Assembly: GCF_009914755.1 (NCBI RefSeq)
Contig: NC_060932.1
Direction: 5' to 3' (one strand)
DNA from: the human T2T-CHM13v2.0 reference genome, Homo sapiens
Length of the DNA: 64,000 nucleotides
In this document: one piece after another, positions 40,816 through 55,373 of the stretch
Position numbering within the stretch: position 1 is the stretch's first letter
Layout: every line of letters begins with the position of its first letter
Translations under genes and position numbers: made by a program
Notes under the pieces: model-generated
What the model saw: only the letters and a program-made list of their open reading frames with translations
Database searches by the model: none
Told to the model about the DNA's origin: nothing

Positions 40816-42684
40816 ACTACTGATAAAGAAAAATTAACCCAGTAAATTAGAACAGACACTTTCTCTCATTCATCTGCTGATCGACTGGAGAGAACCCACT
40901 GGGAATGGGTGAGGGGGAATCACCCTCTGCAACAAAAGTAAGGCATCGCCCCATGTTAACAAACAGCTTATGAGTTTGCAGGTGATTAGGTGGCAAAGGG
41001 TGGTCCCCTAGAGAACGTGGGAAAGGGAGCCTCACTGCGGAGGTGCAGCAGGACATATGAGAGCTGATTAAATGTGAGTTTTCTCCACTCATTTGGCATA
41101 AAATGCTAAGGCTGAGCACGGAGGCTGGTTTTCACTTTCTTGAAACAAAAGCAAAAGAGTTTAGAACAAGCTTGCTTGCACATACAGCTCCTTGAATGCA
41201 AAATATTTATAGGGCGAAATGGTAGAACAACGCCAGCTGGTACTGAGGAGGGAGCAAGGGCTGAAACGGTATAAGGCTGAATTCGTTCACACGCTCCCCC
41301 CAGGAAACAAAAACGGAGGTGAAAAAAATCCTGGAGAGGTGAACAAGAGCATGAAAGGCCTTTTTTATTCCCAATTAAGTGTGGCATGAAAGGATACGAT
41401 CCGTGTGAAAGGGAACAAGGCTGCTGATGGCAGAGAGGCAAATACGGAGCAGCGTTTTAATATTTGCTGTCTGCCACTAGGAAGGAAGAGGCTGGATAAT
41501 TGCCCAAATCTCATAACCTTCAATTACCCACTTCCCTGAGGACAAATTAAAGAATGTGCCAATAATACCTGAAACAAAGGTTAGAGGTTCTAGAAGCTGT
41601 CAGACATCAGCTCTGTAGGAACGGAAGAATTTTCTTTGATATTTTCACCTCCTGTGGGGTAGTGGAGAAGGATTTGAGGGTCGTGGTGGGCTTGCTATGC
41701 TCTGTCTAGCCTCTTTCTTCACACATCCCTCCTCTCCGTCCTCCCCCACCAAGTCCCTCCAGCCTGCCACCTGCTTCCCCAAAACAGCCCCAAACACAAA
41801 AACACATCTTAGGCTGCAAAGTAACTGGCATAACATTACAAAAATAGTGAGGGGTTTCGAGGGAAAGATTTTGAGCAGTCACACTTACAATGTATTTTAG
41901 AGGATCAAAGGGAAGAATAGTTGCCATGGCCTGGCCTTCCTACCCTTCACAGTCTTCCTTTGTTAGAATTCTTTGAAGATGTGACATGGTACTCCTGGGG
42001 TGGGCCTTCTTTATTTAAGGTTTCAAGAGGTGCTTGATAAGTCTTCAGTGCCCGAAAAGGATGTATAAAACATGAGGAATCGGAGTAAGTAGATAAGATT
42101 GAAACTGAAATTGATGTCAGAGAGGGAGCTGGTACAATGGAGAATCTGGGCACTATGAGGATGCGCTAGAACAAGAGAGAAGGAAGCCATGTTCCATTAT
42201 CTGCCCAGGATCAGCATAAACAAGCTGCATTTTAAGCCACAGATCTGCAGTGGAAAGTGCCTCAGTGTCTCTGTGGGAACCAAGCAAGTCTTCATTTGCA
42301 TTAGGGAATTAGGGAAATGGAGTTAGAGAAACTGCTTAGTATGTTAAAAGTCCCAAAAGCAAGACTTCCCTACTGTCACATACACAAACACGTGTCATTG
42401 TTGTTGTCCTTTAGCTGATCAATCAACTCATGCATATTTATGAGCACCTGCCTTGCTTCATCACTATGCTGGGCATAAGGGTTATAGGAGATGGTCCCTG
42501 GACTCAAGACACATGAAGCTGGATGGCAAAGGTGAGTCCAGTGTCAACAGCAAAATCCCACACAGGATGAAATGTTACATAAATAAACAAATTCATGGAA
42601 CCTAAAAAGAAGTAGCCACTTGTTCTTCTAAAAATTCCCTGAGAGCAAGGAAGATAATCTTACTCTTCAGTTTATCGTTAGCAC

Positions 42685-43202
42685 TGTATTAGGGTTCTCT
42701 GGAGAAACAGAACCAATAGCATTTAGATATTTATAAATATATATAAGAGGAGAATTATTATAGGTATTGGCTCATGCAGTGATGAGGCTGAGAATCCCAC
42801 AATCTGCCATCTGCAAGCTGGCGAACCAGTAAAACCAGTGGTATTATATAGTGCCAGTCTGAAGGCCTGAGAATTGACGTGCCAATGTAAGTCCCACTCT
42901 GAGTCCAAAAGTCTGAAAACCAGGAGCACCAACGTCCAAGGTCAAGAAGAAGATGAATGTCTCAGCTCAAGCAGAGAGAGTGAATTTATCCTTCATCAGC
43001 ATTTTTGTTCTATTTGGGTCTTTAACAGATTGGATGATGCCCACCCACCTTGGTGAGGGTGGATCTTTTTTACTTAGTCTCCTGATTGAAATGCTAATCT
43101 CTTCCAGCAACACCCTCACAGACACACCCAGAAATAATGTCTTACTAGTCATGTGGGCATCACTTAGTCCAGCCAAGTTGACATAGAAAATTAACCATCA
43201 AA
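42685..43202 (-). mobile_element. MLT2B-like ERVL solo LTR
   Basis: tgtattagggttctctggagaaacagaaccaatag...aagttgacatagaaaattaaccatca; TSD AGCAC at 42680 and 43203. Confidence 0.92.
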
Positions 43203-43329
43203 AGCACCTATCATTATACCAGGCACAAAATAACCCTATAAATGTTGTTGTAATCAACTTACATCTCCCATTTGTGGGAGATAAAGTACACCTGGAAAGT
43301 TTATGCTAGAAATGCTCTTTCCTGATGGC

Positions 43330-43590
43330 GCAGGAGGTAGTACTCAATGGTGGAAAGAGAACGAATTTTAGCTCAGAACATTTTGCTCAGGGTCTTCCTC
43401 CACTATTGCTTACTGTGTGTCCTTGGGCAAGCTGCTTTAACTCTCTCTGCCTTACTTTTGTCATTTGTACAATTGGGATAAATATAATTTTTATCAGGCT
43501 CTATTTTGAGGATAAGATGAGAGTATACAAATAAAGTGCTTTGCAAAATCAAAACAAGGCATGAGTAATGAGTTATAGTAATGATGATAG
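43330..43590 (+). mobile_element. MIR
   Basis: tgtgtgtccttgggcaagctgctttaactctctctgcctt...aaagtgcttt. Confidence 0.8.
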
Positions 43591-44125
43591 TATGTACAGT
43601 AAGCTTTCCCAACTCTGGGCTAAGCACTGCTTTCTTTAACTGTAAATTCCTTTGGGAGATGGTAGCAGCAGTGTTTCTGTCCCCTCTGTGTGAATGAGGA
43701 CAGCATATTCCTCTGGAAATTGATCAGGTATAGTGGCCTGGGCAAAAATGCCTTTCCTCACTGGATTGAGATTCACAGGAGAAGAAGGTCTTAAGAAGGA
43801 AATAGAAGGAAAAAATGTTTCAGTGCTTGTTGCAAACCTAAATCTTCATATCAAATGGGAGAGAAGTGTTCTGGAGATGCTGCTTCTAATCAATGACAGC
43901 CAAGGTCAAGTGTGAGACCAGCATCAATCAAATTTCTGCTGTCTTTCACCTCAGCGTCTTTACAGGTCTTCTTGTGGTGGGAGTGCCCAAGCATTGTAGG
44001 AGAAACAAGGGAGACAGTCCTCTCTTCAGTGAACACACAACTGTCCTTTGGAAACCTTTGCTATAGGGTAGCAGACAGCAAGCCCTCCCTTCTTCCTTTT
44101 CCTTTCTAGCCCTTTAACTCTAGGC

Positions 44126-44215
44126 TGGGCCTAGGACTAGGTAAGGCAAATGAGGTAACTAGGGCCAGAGTTTAAGGAGGCAATCACCCTCAAGGTTGTG
44201 CACTCCCAGGGTGAG
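44126..44215. mobile_element. MER96-like hAT-Tip100 fragment
   Basis: ggactaggtaaggcaaatgagg...tttaaggaggcaatcaccctcaaggttgtgca. Confidence 0.55.
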
Positions 44216-45412
44216 ATTTGCTAGAAAAGGAACATCAAAGGCTTCCTTAAATAAGGAATAGAAATGGGAAGAACCAACCATTAGCCTGACGATAACTATG
44301 AAGAAAAATGGGGTCAAGGAAGCCATGTTCTCTTGAACAGGTGTGCTTTATATATAAGATTCAGACACCTGTAATACCAACTAATAGAGCTACTACCCTT
44401 CTTCTTGCTGCCTTCCCTGATTCACTGACCATCTGTCGCTGCAAACTCACAGGACCTCAGAAGTGCTAAGGTCAGGGAAATTGATCCTCTTTGCTTTGTT
44501 TCACTCTGGAGGTGCTAAGGAGGGAATCTTGTTAGTTGTTCCATCCTCAGTATCCCCAAAGTACTCTTTACCAGCATCTCATTTATCAGTGAGATTCGGC
44601 CTCTTTGGCACATTGATAGTGTTTAATATGTTTCATGAAATATAATAAATGCTCAAATTCACTTCCAAGCAACATCTATTAATGCTATACTATTATTCTA
44701 GTCTTCAGTGGAGGGACTCATTGGCTGCTGTTCTTGGGGAAAAGTTTCCTGATAAACATGGAGTGTATTTAAGAACACAGACTAGAAAGCCCTTTTATTA
44801 AAAAAAAAAAAAAAAAAAGTACTACTACAAATGAGCTAGCAAAGGTGTAAAAAAAAAGTCTGCAATGCTGTATTTGATTTAAGTCAGGAATTTTCTTGAC
44901 AGCATTTGGCTGGCTGATTTTTCTAGGCTGGATTATTTTTAAGAAATTGGTTGAAGTTAAGACAGCAAACAAAAATATTTTTGCCTTATTGGGTGGAAAA
45001 TTTGCCTGGACCCTAAGGCGACAATATTGGGGGAAAAAAATAAAAAATTTTAAAAAAAACCTTTCTACCAGTATTTGAAGAAAGTCAGTGCTAAAATATT
45101 TGATATTGTCCTATAGTGAGCCTACATCTACAACAGAAGTTCTTAATGAGGGATCCACAAATGGGTGTTAAGGTCCTAGAACTCCCTGAAAATATATGCA
45201 AAATGTTCTAAGGAAACATACACGTCCTTGTGTGCATGTGGGTGCACATACATATGCTGCCAAAATTTAAAAACAATTATGCCATAGTCAAGTTTTTTTT
45301 AATCTGTTAAATAAATATCACAATTTTATAGTGGAAAGAATATTACCCGGGAGCTAAGAGATCCAGTGACTTACAAATATCCAAATAAAAGACCATAAAC
45401 AAAGTCATTTAA

Positions 45413-45752
<340 letters not shown>

Positions 45753-46171
45753 TGAAGCTAAGTATTACTGTCAATTGATACAATAAGGGCCTCCCAATTT
45801 AAGATGAATATTAACAACAATTAACAACATCTCCCTTAATCTGATGATGAAATAGTAAATGTACTAGGGCTTAATTCCAGGCTCCAAGTAGTCTCTCCTC
45901 ATAGATGAAATGAAGAAATTGTGCATTCTTTGGTATAAATCCTAGGAATGTTTTATCTACTGTTGCCAACACTGACCATTTCTCCAAGGGGCCTTTAAAA
46001 TAGTGCAAAAATTTGACAAGACAGATACCTGGACAGTTTCTTCTCTTAGAAATAAAATAAGACATCTAGATAAAGAAAGTTAAGGGTCAAAGTTTAGAAT
46101 GCATACCCCAAGAATTTCATACCCCATCCTCAAAAAGGAAAAAAAGACCCCAAGAATATGGCCAAGAACTG

Positions 46172-46630
46172 TGTCATAGTCTGCTTGTGCTGCTGTAACA
46201 AAATGGTGGAGACTGGGTAATTCATAAAGAATACAAATTTATTCCTCACACTTCTGGAGGCTGGGAAGTCCAAGATCAATGTGTCAGGAGATTCAGTGTG
46301 TGGTGAAGGACTGTTTCTTGTAGGTGGGCCACCTAGGTGTCATCACTTGGAAAAGGGATGGAAAGAACAAAAGGGGATGAACGTTGTGTTCTCACATGGC
46401 AAGAGAGTGGAAGACAGTGAATCTACTCCCTCAACTCCTTTAAAATGTCCCTAATCCCATCTTTCAGAGCTGCACCCTCATGATATAATTACCTCAAAAA
46501 GGCCCTATCTCTTAATACTATCATGATTACAACTATATCATGATATAATTACCTCACAAAGGCCCCATCTCTTAATACTATCATTATATTTCAACATATA
46601 AATTTTTGGGGACATGTTCCGACCATAGCA
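46172..46630 (-). mobile_element. MSTC/MSTD-like MaLR LTR
   Basis: tgctgctgtaacaaaat...ttctggaggctgggaagtccaagatcaa...gaccatagca. Confidence 0.85.
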
Positions 46631-46689
46631 AAAATAGGTAATTAAAACAGAGATATGGATACTCCCTCTATGATTTTGGATAAGACCAA

Positions 46690-48975
46690 GGGTTAATCTG
46701 AACTGACAACAATTTAACCTTGATCACTTGCACAAATTATACACTTTTACACTCCCCTCCTCACAATTTGTTTTTGATGACATATTTTATATATTTTATA
46801 GTTTGTGTCCCTTAACAAATTACTGTAGCTATAGTTGTTTTTAATAATTTTGTCTTTTAATCTTTATACTAGTGATATAATTGATGTTCACATCACCACT
46901 ACAGTATAGGAGTGTTTTCACTTTGGCTATATGTTTACTTTTAAGTGACCTTGTCCCTCAGCTTGAAGGACTACTTTTAGTATTTCTTGTAAGGCAAGTA
47001 TAGTGGTAATAGATTCCCTCAACTTTAGTGTGTCTGAGTAAGGTTTTATCTCCCCTTGATTTTTAAAGCATAGGACTGTTAGGTATTGTATTCTTGCTTG
47101 GCGGAATTTTTTTTTCTTTCAGCTTTATAAGTATCTTATCCCATTCCCTCTGACATGCAGATTTTCTGTTAGAAACTCTGATTTTTATATGTAACTTTTA
47201 TGTAACATGATTCTGTATGTAACTTGTATCTAATAAGTTGCTTTTCCCATGCAACTTTCAATATTCTCTTTTTGTTTTTCACTTTTGACAATTTGATTTT
47301 AATGTGTTTTGGTGTGAGTCTGTTTAAATTTATCCTTACTAGGTGTCCATTGAGATTCCCTGAATCCAGATTTCTATTTTCTTCAGAATTGAAAAATTGT
47401 CTGCCATTATTTCTTTGAATACATTTTCCATCTCTTTGTCTCTCCTCTTCTGGTGGAAATTTAATGGTTTATCGTAAATACTTTAGGCTGCTTTTACTTT
47501 TTCATTTTATCTTTTTGTTTCTCAGATTGGATGATCTCTGTGACCTATTTTCAAGTTAGCTAAATTTTTCTCCTGCTTAATCTAGTCTGCTGTCGAATCC
47601 CTCTACTGAATTTTTGAGTTCAATTATTGTACTATTCAGCTCTGTGATTTACGTTTGGTACTTTTATATGTTTTCTATTTCTTTGTTGAAATTCTCAGTT
47701 TGTTCATACATTGCTTTCCTTACCTCAGCAAATATATTTATGACTATCCTTTTGGATTTCCTGTCAGGTAAATCGCATATCTCTATTGCATTAGAGTCAG
47801 CTTCTAAATATTTATCTGGTTCTTTTACATGGAACATATTTCCATTTCTTCATTTTCTTTCATTCTGTTGGCTTCTTCACATAAGATAAAAAAACACCTC
47901 TCCCACTTTTGTTAGACTGGTCTTGTACAGAAGATGTTTCTCTCAAATCAGCTCAGCAAAAGATTCTAGGTGCCTCTAAATTCATTGTCCTTGTCCAATC
48001 TCCTGTGTTTGTTCTTACTGCCTCCCAAGAAATTAGAAAGTATTGAGTTATGTTATCGCCTCAAGAGAGATGGGACAGAAGCCAGTCCTTTGGGGTATAG
48101 CTAAGGAGGTTGGGGTGATAGATATGTGTTCCAATTACTTCTTTTCTTGGTGAGAAGATGAGAGCCAGAGTTTATCTCCCAATCATTCTACCCTACACCA
48201 AGAAGAGGGTGTGAGGCAGATGCCTGCACTCTTTTTCAGACTGCTCAACTTAAACCTGAGGAGACAGCTGATAAAAGTTTGCAAGTTTAAATATCACTTT
48301 TTTATTCTATGTGGTCTAGCAGACTCAAGAGGACAGAGCCCCATCAACTGGAGTTAGGTAATTTAAGAATCATTTCCTCAGGTGAAGACTGTAAAAGTTG
48401 GGGGTACACAATGTATGTGGAAACTACTTCTAGGGAATGTCTACAGATTTGGATTTATTGCTGCAGTATGCCAGGGAAGAAGGCACAGGGAGTGCCTTCT
48501 CTCTTGTTCGAGCAAGCAGAAGTCTCACACCCTCCTAGCAGAAGACTTCTGTCTGGATATATCCCTAAAGCAAGCCAGGGAGGAAGTCATAGAAAGCACC
48601 TAATTTCCTTTCAGGCAAGGAGAGATCCCCCAGCCTCCTTCTAATGAGAGATTATAGGAGTTTATCTCAAGAGAAAGCCAAGGATGAGGGTGCAAAGAGT
48701 GCCATCCCTTCTATTCTTGCAGGCAGAGGCCTTCAACCTCTTTTGCTAAAGAGATTTCAGGGCTGGAATTATCACCAGAGCAAGCTGGGGAAGGGGGCAC
48801 AGGGAGTACCTGTTTTCCTATTCAAGCAAGTAGAACTTTTACACCTTCTTTGTAAGGGGAGTACTCTAGTCTGAAGGTAATGCTGAAGCAAGCCATGGAT
48901 GAGGGCATAGGGAATGCCTCCTTTCTCTTGTAAGCATGGGTGGTCCCCTAGCTTCTCTCTAATGATTGCAAGAAT
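46690..48975 (-). mobile_element. Old L1M ORF1 and 5' region (antisense)
   Basis: tttagtatttcttgtaaggcaagtatagtggtaatagattccctcaacttt...; degenerate tandem units at 48400-48970. Confidence 0.75.
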
Positions 48976-48987
48976 TTATTGGGGAAA

Positions 48988-49750
48988 TGTAAAAATGTAA
49001 ATTAGCAGAGCCATTTTGGAAAATAGTGTGGAGGTTCCTCAAAAACCTAAATATAGAACTATCATATGATCCAATGATCCCACTTCTGGGTATATATTCA
49101 AAAGAAATGAAATTCGTATGTTAAAGAGATATCTGCATTCCTATGTTCATTGCAGCATTGTTAACAATAGTCTAGATATAGAATCAACCAACTGGCCCAT
49201 CAATAGGTAAATGGATAAAGAAAAGGTGGCATATATACAATGAAATACTATATAGCCTTTAAAAAAGAAGGAAATTCTGTCACTCATGTTGATATGGATA
49301 GAACTAGAGGATATTGTGCTAAGTGAAATGAACCAGACACCAAAAGACAAATTCTGTATGATCTCACTTATACGTGGAATCTTAAAAAAGTTGATCTCAT
49401 ATGAACAGAGAATAGAAAGGTGGTTACCGGAGGCTAGGAGGAAGGAGGAGGGACTGAGGAAGGGAAGATGTTGATCAAAGATTATGAAATGTCAGTTAGA
49501 TCACAGAATAAGTTTTAGTGATCTATTGCACTTCATAGTGACCACAGTTAATTATAATGTATTGTATATTTCAAATTGGTAATAGATTTTTAACATTCTC
49601 ACCACACAAAAAAATGACAAGTTGTGAGGTGATGGATATGTTAATTAGCTTGATTAAATTTTTCTACATTGTGTACATAGATCAAAACATCATATTGAAT
49701 GCCATAAATATACACAATTATTATTTGTCAATTTATGAATTACATTAAAA
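48988..49750 (+). mobile_element. L1MA-type 3' end
   Basis: ggaggttcctcaaaaacctaaatatagaactatcatatgatcc...gaggtgatggatatgttaattagcttgatt. Confidence 0.9.
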
Positions 49751-50171
49751 TATCTGAGGATTAGTCAACTTCAGAAAATTTCACCATGAGACAATAACAT
49801 CAACTAGGTATGACCAAAAACTGTCAAAATTTGAGTTATTAAAACTCAAATCTGTTTAAATTTTTAAGTGTATCAAATATTAAAAGATATGAAGATTATA
49901 AGAATAAGAAAACCATGACTTAATAATCTTAGCTCGGGAAAGAAATAAATTTTCCTAATCCCTCTCTCTCATTTTGAGAACACTGCAAGGATAAACGTAA
50001 ATATATAATCTGAGACAAAGAGAGCGTGAAAAAAATCATAATATCAAAACTTGTGCTGAATCCTTGTGCTCTCTAGGCTGGAAAGTTAGAGTAATGTTCT
50101 TTTTGTCAATAAAAATACCTGATAGGATCTTTCCAGCTGAGAAAAGCAAGCGTCATGGGCCGAATTGCCAG

Positions 50172-50356
50172 AAGCAGTTCCCAGTTGGGTGCATATTAAA
50201 ATTAGTGGGAAATTTTAAAAAATAGAAATAGAGGTGCCCAGTTTCAGCAGGAAATTCTGACCTTGTTGGGTTTAGTAAAGGCCCAGGAAGTAGAATTTAC
50301 ATAAGTTTCTTTTGGTGATTCTAATGAGCAGCGAGAATTTTAAAACCACCATTCTA
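50172..50356. mobile_element. MER5-like hAT-Charlie element
   Basis: gcatattaaaatt...aaattctga...ggcccagg...ggtgattctaatgagcag. Confidence 0.7.
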
Positions 50357-50416
50357 GAAGGATAAGATTGAGGAGAAAAATCTAAGTTGATCTGCTTAAT
50401 CAAGTTATAAAAATTC

Positions 50417-50716
<300 letters not shown>

Positions 50717-53212
50717 AAGAATTCTTAAGTTGGGGTTGATAGCTTAAGAAAGAGGGATTGCGGTTTATGCAATTGGATAAAGAATGGAAATAGGAAAAGG
50801 GATAAGAAAAGGAGAATGAATGAATCCCAAAGGATGGCTCACACTTGGGCCTCTCTGTAGGACAGATGTATAGTAAAAAATTCCCTGTCAGGAATACTCC
50901 AGTATCTTTAAGGCTGTTGATGTCAAGTCTTCTATTTTATGTCCCTACTTGTCATCTGATATAGTGTAATGTTACTTAAACTGACAACATATTACCAATT
51001 TTTAGTAATATACTGCCACACAAAATACATTGCCTTGCTGATTTTTTTGGAGAATGGATGAAAGAAATAACAGTAATTCAGACCAAGATGTACCTTAGGA
51101 GTGGAGATACGTGAAGAAAAAAATCAAGAAAATATGAGTATACCCCACAGAAAACTTTGGATAAGCTTAAGGGAAACTCTTGGAAGATCATGGAATGAGA
51201 ACTTCAGATTCTTTGTTCAACAACTACTCTTTTTTCCGGTCATAATGAAAACTTGATACTATAATACCCATTTCACATCAATAGCTAGAAAACTGGACGA
51301 AATTTATTTGAAAGAAATCCAGTCACTAGATAAAGAACAGCAAAGGACTGTAATTCCCAATAAAGGAAAACAAAAGCGGTAAGCTCTAGATTCTTTCCAA
51401 CTTTCCAGCTGAATAATATAAAGGACTCTGGAGCGGGGAGAGTTAATTCAAGCAGTGATAGTCTCACTGAACTTATATAACAGAGATCAAGTTTGGAAAA
51501 ACTGAGGTACCTGAAATTTTTAGGGTAACATACCAGAAATAAGTAACAGAGGAAAATAGCTCTGTAAAACTGTAGATATTTATCTAAATATTAAGATGCA
51601 CATGCATAGGCTGAAACTCTATGAGACCAGGGTTTCAGGGTTTTCGATGAAGACAATAATGATGGAAAGAACTATTAGGGGGTTGTAAGCAAAACAACAA
51701 ATCTGGTTTATACGAGGTTAAGAAAATTCTGAGTTTTGACCAACAAGAGCTGGGAGACCTCACTGAACACCCAGGGCATTTAGCAGAGATGCTATAATGA
51801 CCACACACTGAAAACAGTGCTATAGGAAGTGACACCAGCAAGATAGTGAAATAGGAGTTTTCTGTCATTGTCTCCATGTAGAAGCATGGATGCTGACAAC
51901 CATCCATGGATGAGAGTACCTTTGTGGGGGCACAAGAATCCGGCAGGGAAGTTTGAGCACATCACTGGAGCAAAAAATCTGACATATTGGAGAAAGTAAG
52001 AGGAGTAGCTTCACTTTACATATATCAGCCCTCCCACAAGGTGGCAAAGCTCAGTGCCAAGACAGACACCCTGGGCCTGTGATTTCTCCTACAAGGAAAA
52101 GTGAGAGTGTAGTAAGTGAGCATCTGGCTCCCTCAGCCATGTGGGATGCTGCTCATGAGACCCATGTCTTTCTCATCCCACCCAGAATATTGGTGACTGG
52201 CACAGTCGAGTGGTTGAAAGGGGCTGGGATCAGGAAAGTGAGAGGGGACTCAAAGCAGCCAGAGTTCAGAAAACAACAAAGGACCATGAATCCTACTAAC
52301 TACTTTGTGGATTTCATCAGGAAGTCCATCCATGAATCACTTGGAATGCCTTGCCTATGGACCACTGTAACTGAACCAAAAGCAGCCATGACATTTGACA
52401 CACCTCGCCAAATCCCTCTTACCCCACCTCACATTTGCCTCTGTGAATGACAGGTATGAGCCTCTGCAGATGGCTCATGAGCAGATGCAGACAGCTGGCC
52501 CAACTCCGCAGGATTGTGAGAAAGCACACAAACAAGGATTGTAGGACACCAGCCTACGAAAAACAAACGGGAACTCCCAGAACCCAGCTTGGTTTCCAGC
52601 ATCAAGAGAAGGTGTGCAATCATAATTACTCCCCAAGAGGGAACACAAAGTGTAGAGTGCACGCATCCAGAGAAAAGGCCTAAGAGGGACTCAGAATTCC
52701 TATTCAGGCTGACAGGTGAGGTGTTTATCCCCTGAAGCTAGTCAGTAAGAACTGGAGAAGTTGATTGTGTCTTCAAATGCAGCAATTCAAGATTTTCTAA
52801 AAACATGAAAAATCAACTAAACATGACATCAATGAAAAACACAATTATTCTAGTAACCAATCCCAAAGAAATAGGCATCAATAAATTGCCTGATAAAGAA
52901 TTCAAAACAATTGTCTCAAAGAAGCTCAGTAAGCTAAAAGAGAGCTTAGACAACTCAATGAAGTCAGGCAAATAATACATGAACAAAACAAGAAGTTGCA
53001 CAAAGGGATAAACATTTTTTAAAAAATAGAAACTCTAGAGCTGAAATACGAATGAAAAAAAATTGAAAATGCAGTAGCGTGTCAACAGCAGATTTGATCA
53101 AGCAAAACCAAAGAGTCTGTGAACTCAAAGATGGATCACTTGAAATTATCCAGTAAGAGGAGAAAAAAAGATTAAAAAGGAATGAGAAAAGCCTACAGGA
53201 TGTATGAGAAGC

Positions 53213-53860
53213 TGTTTTAAATGAAACTCTATCAGCTTAGCTGGTAACTTCTCTTCTCAGCAGCTGAGGTTCAGACAAAAGAGCACCAGCAGGGGATCCA
53301 CCTGCATGGGTCCCTTTGGGGCAGCCTCACCAACAGGGGTTTGGGTTGGACTGTGGGAACAACTTCAATGACACAACCACAATGTGAAAGTCTAAGAGTT
53401 TTTAGTATTTACAGATCCTGGAGGATACACAGCACCCCTGAAGCCCACACAAACACAGAGGCAATGGAGCACAAGCAGAAAGAGAGAAGGGACCCATGAG
53501 TCAATGCATTTATTGAGTCCAGGGTGTTATAGAAACAGGTTTCCCCCAGGGAGCTTTAATTCATGGGTTAAAGCAAACAGGCACTAGTTCCAGGAGGTCA
53601 TGCTGTAACCGAGAAGTGGTCCCTTTAAGTTCATTGGAAAATGTCTGAATTAAAGGAGGCAGCAGGAAAGTAGGGAGATCAGCCTGTGAGGCAAGAAAGA
53701 TGCCTCTAATATTTATTTCTAGCTACTACCTGGAACCATTTGAGTGGGGTATAGTATTAGAAACTGTCAAGGCTGGCTGAGCCCTGCTTCTGATGTGAGA
53801 AAATTATACATATTTTAAAATGGATGCTGAGGCAACATAAAATTACAAGCACTAACTACA
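53213..53860 (-). mobile_element. MER74-like ERVL solo LTR inside L1 ORF1
   Basis: TG...CA termini; ends aaaatggatgctgaggcaacataaaattacaagcactaactaca; L1 sequence resumes on both sides. Confidence 0.75.
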
Positions 53861-55373
53861 AGCACCATTCAGAGAAATGATATAAAATTAGGAGTATCCC
53901 ACAAGAAGAATGGAGAAAGAAACAAAAAGCTTGTTTAAAGAAATAAAGGCTGAAAACATCTCAAAGCTGGGGAGAGAGATGGACATCCAGATATGTGAAG
54001 CACAAAAATTTCCAAAGAGTTTCAACCCAAAAAGGACTTCAGTGAGACACATTATAATCAAATTGTCAAAAATCAAAGAGAATTTTTGAAAGTAGCGTTG
54101 TAAGCAACAAAACCCTCATAAGATTTTCAGCAGAATTTTTTTTTTTTTTTTTTTTAGCAAAACCTTACAGGTTAGGAGAAAGCGAGATAATATGTTCAAA
54201 GAGCTGAAGGAAAGAAAAACACTAATAAGAATAATTTACCTGGTAAAGCTGTCTTTCAGAATTGAAGGAGAAATAAAGAATTTCTCAGACAAATAAAAAT
54301 TGAGGAAGTTCATCACCATCACCACTAGACCTTTTTTTGATAAGAAATAATGAAGGGAGCTTTTTAAGCTGAAATGAAAGAATCCTAATTAGTAATATAA
54401 AACATATGAAATAATAAAACTTGCTGGTAAAGATAAGTATCCCTTTACCCTATTACTGTAATGGTGGTGAGTGGCTCACCTTTAACTCTAGTAGAAAGGT
54501 TAAAAGACAAAATTATTAAAAATCTATAGTTACAGTAACTTGTTAATGGATTCACAAGATTCACAATATGAAAATATACAAACTATGAATCAGCAACAGA
54601 GAATTTGGGAGAGCAAAAGTTTAGTTTTTATATGCAATTAAAGTTATTATGAGCTTAAAATAGACTGTTAGAAGATCTTTTATGTATACCTCATGATAAG
54701 CACAAAGCCAAAAACCTATAGGAGATACACAAAAGATAAGGAAGAAGAAAACAAAGCATACCGTTACAAAAAAATCATCAAATCTACAAAAGAAGACAGA
54801 AAGGGAAGAAGAAACAAAGGAACAACAAAACAGCCAAAAAACAATTAACAAAATGTCAATAAGTTCCTGCCTATCAATAATCACTTTAAATGTAAATGGG
54901 TTAAATTCTCCAATCAAAAGACATACGGTGGTTAAATTTTTTTTTTTTTAAAGCTCCAAGTATATGTTGTTTACATGAGACTCAATTCAACTTTAAACAC
55001 ATACATTGGCTGAAAATGAAGAAATACGAAAAGATTTTCTATGCAAATGTAAACCAAGAGAGGATAAGTAGCTGTATTAACATCAGAGAAAATAGACTTT
55101 AGGTCAAAAACTGTAACAAAAGACAAAAAAATCATTATATAATAATTATGGGATCAATTTATCAAGATGATAAAACAATTGTAAATATGCGTTCATTTAA
55201 CCTCAGAAGAAAAGAATTCCTAATCAATGATTTCTTACCCAAATATATAAAGCAAACATTAACAGATCTGAAAGGAGAAATACATAGCAATACAATAATA
55301 GAAGGGGATTTCAATGCCCCACTTTTAATGAACACATTATCCAGACAGAAAATTAATAAGAAAACAGTGGTGG

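Noticed and set aside
52034-52046. CTCF-like CCACAAGGTGGCA
   Set aside because: Lies inside an old L1 5' UTR with poor flanks; not enough support
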